From Carcharhinus amblyrhynchos (lineage: Eukaryota): a DNA stretch of 64,000 bases. Where the stretch lies: the NCBI GenBank assembly GCA_965287045.1, contig OZ336872.1, positions 30,690,001 through 30,754,000 of the forward strand, read 5' to 3'. How positions within the stretch are numbered: the stretch's first letter is position 1; each line of letters starts with the position of its first letter. Under the pieces are notes generated by a model, which worked only from the letters and a program-made list of their open reading frames with translations, had not been told where the DNA came from and did no database searches. A program made the translations under genes and the position numbers. This document shows positions 39,347-51,415 of the stretch, piece by piece.

Positions 39347-40552
39347 GTATGTACATCTCTTAATTTGAATTGCTTCGAAAGAAATGTATTTGTACTTGCA
39401 AATCAGTTGGTTTTGATTTGAACAGTGTTACAGCCTATTTCTGTGCTTAAATGCTTCACATAACGTGCATTACAATTGCACTACTTCTAGTCCAGTGTCT
39501 AATAGAATTGATTCATCAACGTTTTTTCTGAAGTCAATATTTAAACTGAGTGCAAATTTGAGTACCTGGAATATGTATTCCATCTGAATTAGTCTTCAGG
39601 TTTTACATTGGCTAATCTATCTAATCCTGCAGAGTTGCCCAACATAACCATTTGGTACTTCACACGTATGTAAAGCAATTTTGCAATTCAGAATAAAATT
39701 TATTTCAGCGTAATACATTATGTATAATTGTCTTCAATATGTTTTCAGCTGTCATTGCTTTTCCCTTTTTAAGTTCCCTTTTAATCATCATATTTTTGGA
39801 ATGGCTATTGCATTGTTTTGTCTAAATTTTTGTTTCATAATTTTCTATTTCAGATCCTTTTCACTGTCTTTTTAGTATGCCTTTAACTAAAACTGGCAAC
39901 CCAACAAAAATACCATTTTCCCCATGTCATATTTTTAGTTTGCATTGTATTTTTGTGTTTTGGACCACCTTTTTTAGTGATGGCTAAATATCAGTTTTGA
40001 TCTGTTTTTTGAATTTCTGCTATTCTTTATGGTGTTCTAATTGTGTGTTTGTGGTGATCGGTTCAAGGGTGACCTCTGAAGATTCTTGATTAGGCACAAG
40101 ACTTTTTTAGGATGTTACTGAGGCTGACTACAGGTCAGATTTTGTAATGAATGCACTTTGGACAGAGCTAATCACGTGCAAAATGCTAACCTAGTTCACC
40201 ACCTCTGGTCTCCTTAAAGACAAACACTGCCAATGTGAATTCTGAGATGAAATGTAAACTTAATTTTGTAGTATTGGGTGTTGGGCAGAATATTCAGTGC
40301 GCCCACCAACACTTTGTTTCAACATGCACACAAACCCTCTGCTGCCAGGAAACTGTCAGTAGGTTTTGCCATTGGTAGGACTGCAATATCTTGCCAGTGT
40401 GAATGGCCAGATAATGCCCATCTCTGGGTGCATGTTTAGAAAATGTCCCTATTCCTGAATTCTCTTGTCTGAAGAGTTATACACTAGGTAACTGTTAATA
40501 TGTTCATGGTTGCCTGTTTGCATGACAAATACATTTTTGTTTCTATTATTAG

Positions 40553-40815
40553 GAGTAGAAGTTGGGAAAGATCAGCAGTTCAGCATAAACACAAAAGGAG
40601 CAGGGGGGCAAGGTAAAGTGGATGTGACCATCTCAAGTCCTTCACAGAAACCTGTGCCTTGTGTAGTAGAGCCAGTTACTGGTAAGGATGCTTGTGTTGC
40701 CAAGTACATCCCCAAGGAAGAAGGGCTATACACAGTAGACGTGATGTATGACAGGAATCCAATTGTAGGCAGCCCATTCACTCTGGAAGCTGCACTACCT
40801 CCAGATCCTTCCAAG
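40553..40815 (+). CDS. FLNB: FLNB exon 20 (Ig8), 263 nt
   Basis: tattag|GAGTA...CAAG|gtaagt; RVEVGKDQQFSINTKGAGGQG...GSPFTLEAALPPDPSK. Confidence 0.96.
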
Positions 40816-41204
40816 GTAAGTGGCTACTAATTTTAGATTTTTGCTGTGGCATTTTGTACCTTTTTTCAAGCTTCTAGATTCTTTTCGATTATAAAAACCA
40901 CCAAATTTAGGAACTGAAGAATTGAGCAAGTAGAGGTTCTCTCCCTCTACACTGAAAAGCAAGCCAATTTAGAATGCAGTTGATGGCACAGTGCAGTTGA
41001 GTTTCCAATCCAAGTTGAAACCTGAGCACTCCCATTTTTGTAGCATGCAAGACAAAGATTACTCTTGGAGGTTTCCTAGTCAGGATAAGCCATTCAGCTG
41101 TTAAATTAGTTGCTATTCTATTAAGACTTGAATCTGAATTGGGGTAGGTGATATCTTTAGCTTTCCACTTGTGACTGCATCTCGTTGCCTTGTTTGCTTT
41201 GTAG

Positions 41205-41802
41205 GTAAAAGCGTATGGGCCAGGCCTCAAAAATGGTGTTGTCGGCAAATCTGCTGAATTCACTGTAGACACCAAAGGAGCTGGCACAGGTGGGCTGGGT
41301 CTCACTGTGGAAGGTCCATGTGAAGCCAAGATTGAGTGCTCTGATAATGGGGATGGAACATGCTCAGTCTCCTATTTACCAAATGAAGCTGGTGAATATC
41401 TTATTAATATTTTGTTTGAAGAAGTTCACATTCCGGGTTCTCCATTCAAGGCAGATGTGAAACTGCCCTTTGACCCCTCCAAAGTTATTGCCTCTGGTCC
41501 TGGATTGGAACGTGGAAAAGTTGGAGAAGCTGGACTTTTCACTGTTGACTGTTCTAAAGCTGGCCCTGGTGAATTGACCATAGAGCCAGTATCAGAGAAT
41601 GGTGTTCAGGCTGAAGCCCACATTCAGGATAATGGTGATGGCACTCACACAGTCAGCTGTATTCCACGTCAGCATGGTCCTCACACAATTGCACTGAAAT
41701 ATGGAGGGCAGCCTGTGCCCAATTTTCCAGTACGGCTGCAGGTGGATCCAGCAGTGGATACAAGCAGCGTTAAAGTATACGGACCTGGAATTGAAGGACG
41801 TG
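41205..41802 (+). CDS. FLNB: FLNB exon 21 (Ig9-Ig10), 598 nt
   Basis: ttgtag|GTAAA...CGTG|gtaagc; VKAYGPGL...[24 protein letters not shown]...[11 protein letters not shown]. Confidence 0.97.
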
Positions 41803-43981
41803 GTAAGCTGTTTGTATTTCTTAACCTTTTTGGCTATTCTTGTGGTCTTTTAGCAAGCATTTTTCCACTTTGATATTTATTGTATCCCTGCCAATAAAAT
41901 CAGCGTACGATATCACGTGACGTGAAATTGAACTATAGCTAGAGTCAATTTAAATAAAATATTCTGCAAATTAAAATAGGGATATCCCAAAGCAATTTGC
42001 TTAGCACTGCTTTATTTCAGAAAATGTAGCAAAAAAACCTGTGCACAAGAGTGCATTGACAATAGCAATGGTACAAATAGCCAGGTTTTCATTGTATAGT
42101 TGAGTGGTGGAGGGCCAGTCAGGGCAGGTTCACTGTTCTTGAGTGATTCAAAATCTTTTACATCTGCCTTTTTAAGGGCAGATGAAGACTAAGAGGTCAT
42201 GTTTTGAATGAGGTTAACTAACAGTGCAGCATATCTTGGATTGTCAACAAGCCTTTGAGCCCAGACCAATGCTTTGGTTCCTGCCATCATTAACATTTTT
42301 TTGCGGGTTTGAATGGTTAGTGGTGAATTAAATTGGCCGTCACATGTACCTGCTATTCTTTGGAATATGTTTATTTGTGTAATCTTATTCTAATTCTAAA
42401 ATTAGCTAGCTTTAAAGCTGTCTGTATCAAGTTAAACTTTATTTTAACCATTGTTATAGATAACCTGATCATTTTGTCAGTATTGTGTAAGTTGACTGAA
42501 CAAAGTTCAATCTGAACTACAATTACATGAGGCAGGAAATCTTTATTTCCATTTTGTGCACAACTTGTACGATAACATTAAGTGTTCCAACATTTCATTT
42601 TGTGATCAGTATACAAAGCTGTAAACCTGTCGCATTCTATCATGTTTTTATTTCTAATATTTTGGAACAGCAGAGAGCAAACCGTTTTGGAAAATATTTG
42701 CCATTTTTTTAACTTTGCTTCCCTATTAAAAGGAAGCTACTTCCTTTAAAGTAGGTTTGCTGCAATCATAAAGACCTAATTCATGTACACTATAGATTTT
42801 TTTGATCGCTACTTAGCCTGTCTAAATGTATGACTATTTTGGAGTTATGCTAATCACTGTCAGATGTTTCATGTTGGGGGCAGGGCCTTCACTAATTATT
42901 GGTGGATTGAGTCACTTAAGTGCAGTAAAGTGGTTAACAATTTGAGTATATGAGGCTGAACATTATTCTGACAGAGATAATAGCTGAACTTGTAGAGTGC
43001 ACTGGTTTGACGACAGCAAGAGCCCTGTGTATAGGCCTGATTTTCCCTAAAATAGGAACGACACAAGCTTTGGAGATGGCCAAACGTAATCTGGACAATG
43101 GATTAAGGAATCTGGAGCGGAAGACCTTTAACAAACCTTGCCAAGGAATGTAGATCAAATCTTAAATTGACATAACCACAAATTCTAGCCAAGGGACCCT
43201 GATTCCAGCTCTGAGAAGGGGCTATTAAGAGAAGTTCTTTATTTCCATGGATGACAAATGGACAGTCAAGCAAAAGCAAATTCAAAGCATGACAAGATGT
43301 ATCATGAGACATTATGTTCCCAAGCAGAGTTTGTTAGTAAGCTTTGCCAGTGCAATAGTTCAGTACTATAATTGTGGTGGTTACACAAGTGCTTGAAACT
43401 TCATGAATGCACCAAGTAGATTTAGTGATTTGTGTCATAACTTTGTAAAAATTCCCTTCCTTATTGTCTCAATCTTCTATTAATGGGACTCTAATGTCAG
43501 TTAGAAATCAATTTTGAGTAATTGTTAAATCTGGGTATATATTTGAATTTCATGAATCAGCTTGTGCTAGATCTGTCATTCAATATTTGTGTTTTAAGTT
43601 ACAATTCCCATGATTATTTGTAAACATTCTTTCCAGTTGTTTTGTATTGGTGCACACAGCATGCCTGAAGGTTGCTGGCAGTCCTCATACTCAAGTGCTA
43701 GCTCAGGCAGAGCATTACAGCTGACCTTATTGTGAACTGAGGTCCTTCTCTGACTTTGAGCAAAAGAGGAGAACTTCAGACTTGCTAAGTCCAAGAAAAT
43801 GTGTAGTTTTAATGTTCCAACATGGGACTTCTCCAAACCAGTTGATCTTGAATGCACAGAAGTGAGATTTTCTGGTCCATAACACAATACATTGTACAGC
43901 TAAGGCTAAAAAGTGGCCAGGATGGTAATGGTCACTTTTTACTTGGTTGGATTTTACTTAAAGCTGCATTGCTTTTTGTAG

Positions 43982-44155
43982 GTGTTTTCTGTGATGCTAC
44001 AACTGACTTTATTGTTGATGCAAGTTCACTGACCAAGGTGGGAGGAAACCATCTCAAAGCAGGTGTCATAAATCCTTCAGGATCTCGCACAGATTGTCTG
44101 ATTAAGGATAATGGAAATGGGACATACGCAGTGGAGTACACACCATATGAAAAGG
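43982..44155 (+). CDS. FLNB: FLNB exon 22 (Ig11), 174 nt
   Basis: ttgtag|GTGTT...AAGG|gtatga; GVFCDATTDFIVDA...NGTYAVEYTPYEK. Confidence 0.95.
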
Positions 44156-44883
44156 GTATGATGGAAATTCACTGTGCAGAAGGCATAATTAATTGTACTA
44201 ATTTGAGTCCAAACCCTTGAGACCTGATTCCATGGATGTCCTTTAACTTCAGCTTTATCTAACCCCTCCAGCTCTTCAGTATGCAAATTCTTTATCAGTT
44301 AAAGTATTTCAATTTCTGGATAGACAAGAGGCTACATTCCACACCAACATTGTAGTAATAGTAGCTGCCACTCTGTTTCAGGTTATAAATTAATAATTGA
44401 CTATCATTAACCCTGATTTTGTTTTCCGATCAGTCCACAAGTGCATGGTTAAGATCAAAGCAGCACCCACAGCAGAAAGATTCTGATTCTGATCAGGTTT
44501 TACAGGCTAGCCTCGAACATGCAATCTCTGGATAAGGGGTGGTTATTTAGCAAATTATTTCACTCGGGTGTTTGGGAATCTTTAGAATTCCCGACTCCAG
44601 ACAGTTGTGGGTGCTCCATCTTTGAATACATTTTGAGCCTGAGACAGGGAATTTTGGGATAGTTGGAAAAAGTGGCATTGACAACTTCAACTATGGTTGT
44701 ATTGAATGGCTGAATAGCTTACTCCTGCTCCGTTATGTTGTACTTTCTCACTTACCATTGTCACAGCCAAAACTCCTAAAAATGCTGTTTCTTGTTAAAT
44801 GAAATCAATGTCTTGCTATTCCCAGTATTAGAACATGGTAAGGGTTTAACCACAACTTTCAATCAATTTTTTTTTGTGTACAG

Positions 44884-45046
44884 GTGTACACTCTATTGAT
44901 GTAACCTATGATGATGCACCAGTTCCGAAGAGCCCATTCAAGGTAGGAGTCACTGAAGGTTGTGACCCTTTGCGTGTCTCAGCAAGTGGACCTGGACTTC
45001 AGGAGGGCTTGACTAACAAAGTGAACAAGTTCTCTGTGGTAACAAG
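44884..45046 (+). CDS. FLNB: FLNB exon 23 (Ig11/Ig12), 163 nt
   Basis: gtacag|GTGTA...CAAG|gtattt; [27 protein letters not shown]...NKFSVVTR. Confidence 0.96.
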
Positions 45047-45547
45047 GTATTTGCTTTGGACTGGAGAGTTCAATTTATTCCATTTGGGATTTTAAGAGAC
45101 TGGATTCATTTCACAGCAACTACATTCCCATACTGAACACACAAAAGCTACCCTCATTCTTGATCAAAAACATAGTTGAATCAATAGAAGTTGACTCATG
45201 AAATAAAACAGCATGCATATAGTGATCTACAAGTTTATTATATTTACCAGTGTTGATGTCAATGTTTGTGACCCACAAACATCTGAACTGCAGCTATTTG
45301 TCTATTGAACCTTCATTTGAGACATGTTCCATTTTCCTTGGGTCTAGATGTGGGTTTGACTACTGACCTGTCAATTTATTACCCTACAGCAATAGGCATG
45401 AAAGTTTGTAGGCTGCACCACTTTTAACTGTTCACTGCCAAGGAACGATTCATTTTGAATTGAATAGTGGCACAATGCTAAACTCGGGAATTGTAATATA
45501 TTTTTCATACTCTAACAAAGCTAGTAACTAAAAATCTTGTGATGCAG

Positions 45548-45708
45548 AGGAGCAGGTACTGGTGGCCTTGGTATTACTGTTGAAGGACCTTCAGAGGCAA
45601 AGATCTCTTGCAAGGATAACAAAGATGGCAGCTGCAGTGTTGAATATACCCCTTACACCCCTGGAGATTATGACTTGAATATTACTTATGGAGGACAGCA
45701 CATAACTG
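45548..45708 (+). CDS. FLNB: FLNB exon 24 (Ig12), 161 nt
   Basis: atgcag|AGGAG...ACTG|gtaagc; [33 protein letters not shown]...YGGQHIT; pyrimidine-poor acceptor. Confidence 0.95.
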
Positions 45709-46359
45709 GTAAGCCTTTACATTTGTTTTGCTCAATCTACTGCTTTAAATCAACTGTAGACCAAAGTTAAGGATTACATGGGTATTATTTAGAACAAGTC
45801 ATTTTTTCAATAATTTTAGAGCTTATTTCAAAGGTCTAGTCATAGGAGGAAACTGTTAACATATTCAGCTCTGTTCCTAAGGTACTGAACTCCATCTTTA
45901 TCTCCCCTTATTTATTCAGAATGTTTTCATTCTACACTATTTTCAAATGGCAGTGCTTTGTCTAACAATAAATTTTGCCTCTTTCCTGTATAATGGAGTC
46001 ATCTCTTGGCTAAACCCTGATTTAATGTACTTCATATAATTTATGATGCAAGCAGAATTTCCTAATCTGATTAAATTTTTCATTGTTTTTACTGTTGGGA
46101 TGAATTTCCTATTAAATATTGAAATTTAGAATGGATTGTGTGAAAGGTTGATTGGAATTCATTTCAAGTATTTGTACAGTGACTTAGCAATATTTAGATT
46201 TGTGGATACTGCATTTTCTTGGGTCAGTTGCAGATTTGTCTAATTGTCCATTTTAACATTCACCTTTTTGAGTGAAAACTGAAATCTGTACTTTTTTCCT
46301 ACATTGTCATTTAAAATGATCCAAAGTGCAAATCATTGAAGTTTTTTTTTTGTTTGTAG

Positions 46360-46527
46360 GCAGTCCATTTAAGGTGCCAGTCAAAGATGTTGTGGACCCA
46401 AGCAAAGTGAAGTGTAGTGGGCCTGGGCTGAGTTCAGGAGTACGAGCCAAAGTTCCACAACACTTCACCGTGGACTGTAGCAAGGCTGGAAAAGCTCCCC
46501 TCCAAGTGACTGTGCTGGGACCAAAAG
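46360..46527 (+). CDS. FLNB: FLNB exon 25 (Ig12/Ig13), 168 nt
   Basis: ttgtag|GCAGT...AAAG|gtacaa; [24 protein letters not shown]...LQVTVLGPK. Confidence 0.96.
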
Positions 46528-46852
46528 GTACAATCATAACCTCAGCAGTTTTAATTAGCCATTGATTAAAAATGCTAACTCATGATACAGGTTTATACAT
46601 ACCTTTCACTCTTTGGATGTGAGGATGAGGAGTCCGAGTCTAAGATTGATAATTCAGTTATATGATACAATGCTTGTGTGCCAGGTACATGCTTTGTATG
46701 ACTGTTAGGAGTGGATTTTTTGAATATTAATCATAAGTTTTTGACCAGTTGCACAGCTACGAAGCATTGTGCTCTTTTGGTTAAGGGCATCACTTGTCAC
46801 CTTTTTGAGTGACTGTTCAGATTTGCTGCAAGTTAAAGGTTTTCTGTTCTAG

Positions 46853-46945
46853 TTGGTGAGGCACAGCCCCAACCGTGGCGCAGCCCTTTGAAAACGATTG
46901 CAGACTTCTTTAAAGGAGAGACCAAGAACGATGACAGTGAGACAG
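46853..46945 (+). CDS. FLNB: FLNB alternative cassette exon 25a, 93 nt / 31 aa insert in Ig13
   Basis: tttctgttctag|TTGGT...ACAG|gtttgg; phase 1-1, stop-free; VGEAQPQPWRSPLKTIADFFKGETKNDDSET; resembles the optional human FLNB insert as I recall it (..WRSPLKALSEFFKG..). Confidence 0.85.
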
Positions 46946-47565
46946 GTTTGGATTTGAACTACTTAATCTCCAAGGCAAGAAAGGTGGTGGGCGTATATGG
47001 CCGGGAACAACTAAGCTGGTCCTGTCTGCTTTCATGTTAAGAGCCAAAGAGCTAGGCCTAATGCTTCAAGTAGAATTTTACTTTCCGTGTTGTCACTCTT
47101 AACAAGACCTTGTGTTAATTTTGTATAAAGGATTTTTAAATCACATTCCATTTTTATTTGGTAGCCCCTTTCTGACTAGAAAAATCTGGTTGACCATTTT
47201 CTAAAGTGAAAATCAGTATTTAAAATGGCACGTTTCTGTTGTATTTCATGGCAAATTTTTGCATGACCTAGTTCAATTCATTTCAAATTCCAGACATAAA
47301 TTTTGAAGAATCCTGAATGAGCAGATTGCTTCACAGCTTTTACTTGGTTGTGATTGTCTTGATACTGCAGAACTGGTTAAAAAAAATTTAAATATTTTGC
47401 TCATTGAAAGTTGTTTTTTGGGTTTGCTTCAATGTGTTTTAATTGAAGTGTAGACTGCTCAACATGGGCTGGTTTGTGAATCTACTCAAAATTAAAATGT
47501 GATTTGATTTTCAGTTGTAGTATTTTGTGTTGGGGCTGTATTAAACCCACAAGATTATGCCTTAT

Positions 47566-47812
47566 TGGGTAGCACAGTGGTTAGCACTGCTGCCTCAGTG
47601 ATGGGAACCAATTTTAATTCCTGACTTGAGTCACTGTGTGGAGTCTGCACATTTTCCCCCTTTCGTGTGTGGTTTTCCCTTGGTGCTCCAGTCTCTTCCC
47701 ACAGTCCAAAAAAACATGCTAAATTCTGTGCACCCAAACTGGTGCCAGAGTATGGCAACTAGGGGATTTTCTCAAACTTTATTGCCTTGTTAATGTAAGC
47801 CTACTTGTGACC
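47566..47812 (+). mobile_element. V-SINE-like SINE (tail type shared with 1-160)
   Basis: 'gcacagtggttagcactgctgcctca' head; tail 'aatgtaagcctacttgtgac'. Confidence 0.75.
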
Positions 47813-48282
47813 TAGTGATGTTTCATTTATGGCCAGGTAGTTTAGAGTAGGTGCACAACATTGCCACTCTAAATCTACTTCAGTACTGCTCTGATTTAAA
47901 GCAAACCTTAAAATGTGCATGAAACTTTGAATGAGTAAATCACAAAATTAATATGAACTCAAGTAGCAATGTTTGCTTAACTATGGAATACCAAGAGCAA
48001 ATGACTCCAAATGGATGTCTCTTTTTCCCCCTGCACTCATTTTCTGCAATGGCTTAATATTAAAAATCTACTAAAGCTAGTGAAATGGCCTGTCTTGACT
48101 CTGCTTTATAGTTTTGTAGCATTTAGTACTGTTAGATGGCAGTGCATTTAGTTAAAAGACTAACCAGCTTTTTGTGCACAGCTGACTACCTGGATGAATG
48201 AAAAAGGTGGTTACTTTATTTAACCTTTTTTGCTTTGGACTGATGTGCACGAGTTTTGATATTTTCATTTCTTCTTTTGCAG

Positions 48283-48406
48283 CCATAATTGAGTCTGCTG
48301 AGGTTATTGACAATGGTGATGGCACGCACACTATCAGCTACACACCTTCAGTCGAAGGGCCATATTCTGTTTCCATCCAGTATGGAGATGAAGAGATTCC
48401 TCGCAG
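48283..48406 (+). CDS. FLNB: FLNB exon 26 (Ig13), 124 nt
   Basis: ttgcag|CCATA...GCAG|gtaaca; [42 protein letters not shown]. Confidence 0.96.
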
Positions 48407-49180
48407 GTAACATCAAACTTAAACCCTCAAGGCTAAACAGTGTTGCTGTCAACCTTGGCTTTTTACAAATAAGACAACAGTTCCATAATCTAAAAACACC
48501 AACCCCTGAATAAACAGATTGAAAACATCAGACCAGGATTCAAAGGAGAAGTAATTGTCCTGATTCAAGGTTGTATTCTACCAATATTTTGCTCTGGGTT
48601 AGCAGGACTGAACAGAAATCTACCTTGTGGTGTTGGAAATCAACAATGATCTCAAATTTTAATTGTCTAAATTTCATTAGTGCTTGTCCTTCTATTTACA
48701 ATCTATTTGACCCTTTATTCATGCCAATAGTAAGACTATTTGTTTTGTTTAAATTTTCAATTTGAAGTGCCTAATTTTAAACCTGTCGTATTCATACACA
48801 TGCTTGTGTTCATGTGTCCATGAATGACATCTTTTTGTAAATTCAATTGGTCCAACTTGATTGTTCCATTTTACAATTAATTGGATATTCCAAGTGCCAA
48901 ACAAAACTACATAAGTGGCATTCTGATCTAGCTGAGTATTAGCTAAGTATGCATCTGACTGCACCTGAGGGGTGCAATTTGTTTTTGGAATAAAAATATA
49001 TATCCATCAGTATAAAAAGAATTGAAAACATTCCAGTTGGATTTTCTCCCAAAAAATAACATACATGCAGTCAGACATCTTAATCTTTTACTGATGGTAA
49101 ATATCGTACAAGTTGATAGTGATGTTCATAATTGATTCCAGTCCTTTGTGTGTCAGATTAATTATCATCTGTTTCTTTAG

Positions 49181-49337
49181 TCCTTACAGGGTTAAGGTTC
49201 TGCCAACTCATGATGCCAGCAAAGTGAAAGCAAGTGGGCCAGGCCTCAATTCTTCTGGTGTTCAAGCTAGTCTACCTGTAGAATTTACCATTGATGCCAA
49301 AGATGCTGGAGAAGGACTCCTTTCAGTACATGTAACT
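49181..49337 (+). CDS. FLNB: FLNB exon 27 (Ig13/Ig14), 157 nt
   Basis: ctttag|TCCTT...AACT|gtaagt; [22 protein letters not shown]...[12 protein letters not shown]. Confidence 0.96.
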
Positions 49338-50593
49338 GTAAGTTTCAAATGTTTCCCTTCCAAGCAAATAAAGGATGAATGTGCATCAGTCTTAAAAATC
49401 TTTCCCTGCAAATAGTGGTTTTACAAAAAGGGAACAGCATGGATAAATTGGGCCAAAGGACCTGTTTCCTTGCTGTAAACCTCTTTCTCTAAATGGAAAG
49501 TGGGCAAGTAAGCCTGTTGTCCTACTTGCTTCTGCAGCAGTGTTTTGAGTTGACATCCTAGTCTTCTAGTAGTATTAAACTCCATCAGAATCTTTATTGC
49601 ATTCTGATAGGGACAACCTATAATTAGTTGAACAATAGAAAGCTTGATCTGCAATTTGGCCAGTGACAGCTAAGATTGCCTGCTTCATTCAGCTGGACTT
49701 TGATTTAAATTACTGTAGGATTTGTTTTGATTTTATTTTGCTGCCTTAATACTGCTATCTTCCTAAGAATAAAGAGAGAACAATTTCCAAGGTATATTAA
49801 ACTAGTTAGCTTCCAAACAAGTTTTTTTCCTTTACTTACAATAACTCAATTGCACACTGGTTCAAATAGACGTGCAACTCTTGCCATATTGCTCCTCAAC
49901 TATGCAATAATACCTTTTTAAAATAAGCCTTTATTCTGTTTAATAGCTTATTTCATGAACCTGTTGCTGATCCCAGTTTAATCATTGTCCTTTTTTCCGT
50001 AATGTAAGTGCTGCACAGTAGTTGTCTTTCTGATAATTGGCAGCGAATCACAAGAGCTAGGATAGTCTGACACAACAATATGCCTGTTGAATACTGATTT
50101 GTCTAAGTGTCATGCAGTACTAAGTCTTAACAACTCCCACATCTGATCTCTTTAATCCATTCTTAAAAGTACCTGCAAAAACTTTTTTGCTGCAAGACCA
50201 TTTTTACTCCTTGCTTTATCTATTTCTGGCTGTAAGGATGTGCAGAAGACTGTAGTTGCCATTGTAATCTTGGTGTAGGTTGTTCACTGCAACTAACTGA
50301 GCACATCTAGGGTGAAAAGGCTTTCTGCCATTGTTAACACCAACACTCAACCATCTCCCTAGAAATATCCTACTTGTTTTAAATAAATCAGAACCATTTT
50401 TCCTAGACTTGAGCATTTGCTTTAAAAGGTTGTATATTAACATGTTTGTTTTTTTTCTGGATGAATTGTACAACTGAGCTGTAAAATTCCAATGTTAAAA
50501 TGATTGTACTTTTTAGTGACAGTTGTCAGAAGTGGCTTATTTAAAAAGCTTGATAATACATTTTAGTAAAGCTGTTTTTTCTGTTGCCTGTAG

Positions 50594-50783
50594 GATCAAG
50601 AAGGGAAGCCAAAGAAAGCTAATATCCACAATAATAATGATGGCACCTACAAGGTTTCCTACATACCAGACAAGACTGGACGTTACACCATTGTGATCAA
50701 ATATGGGGGTGATGAGATCCCAGCATCTCCTTACCGAATCCGTGCAGCAGCTACTGGTGATGCCAGCAAGTGTACGATGTCAG
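50594..50783 (+). CDS. FLNB: FLNB exon 28 (Ig14/Ig15), 190 nt
   Basis: ctgtag|GATCA...TCAG|gtagct; [19 protein letters not shown]...[19 protein letters not shown]. Confidence 0.96.
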
Positions 50784-51167
50784 GTAGCTGTCTACTTTCT
50801 ATGTACAATGAGACTGTCCAAAATGGGCTAATAATTGCCATGCCTGGCTTTGCGCTGGAGAAGCCTGCAGCATTGGAGTAGAACCAGGAAAAAAGCACAC
50901 TTGTATTTCTGACCAATGCATTTTGCAATATTACTTGACTGTCCTAGTGCTGAACAGAACCACCACCTGCAAGTTAACTTTCAAGCCAACATGCCATCCT
51001 ACCAAGTGGTACTGCTGTCATAATTCCTTCATCACGGCATCAAAAACCTGGACTCGTTTCCTATCTAGATGGTCCGTTGTCCAATTGCAGTGCAAATTAT
51101 TACTTCAATTGCATGATTTAATTTAAAATAAATTGTAAATTGCATAGATATTAACTTTCTTTTTAAG

Positions 51168-51415
51168 GTTCTGGTCTTGGACCCACTGTTCAGCTGGGAG
51201 AGGAACTGGGAATGAAAGTAGATGCAAAAGCTGCAGGCAAGGGCAAAGTCACCTGCACAATCTGCACCCCTGACGGGACCGAAGTGGAAGCTGATGTTAT
51301 TGAAAATAATGATGGAACTTATAACATCTACTATACAGCACCTGAGAAAGGAACCTACATTGTTTATGTTCGCTTTGGAGGAGTGGATGTTGCCAACAGT
51401 CCATTCACTGTAGTG
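51168..51415 (+). CDS. FLNB: FLNB exon 29 (Ig15), 248 nt
   Basis: tttaag|GTTCT...AGTG|gtgagc; [13 protein letters not shown]...AGKGKVTC...[14 protein letters not shown]. Confidence 0.96.

Noticed and set aside
40572-41329. Antisense ORFs over exons 20-21 (also over exons 10, 16, 22, 25, 35, 36)
   Set aside because: Shadow frames of the FLNB codons.
47566-47625. tRNA-like A/B boxes at SINE heads
   Set aside because: No complete cloverleaf, and each runs into the SINE core.
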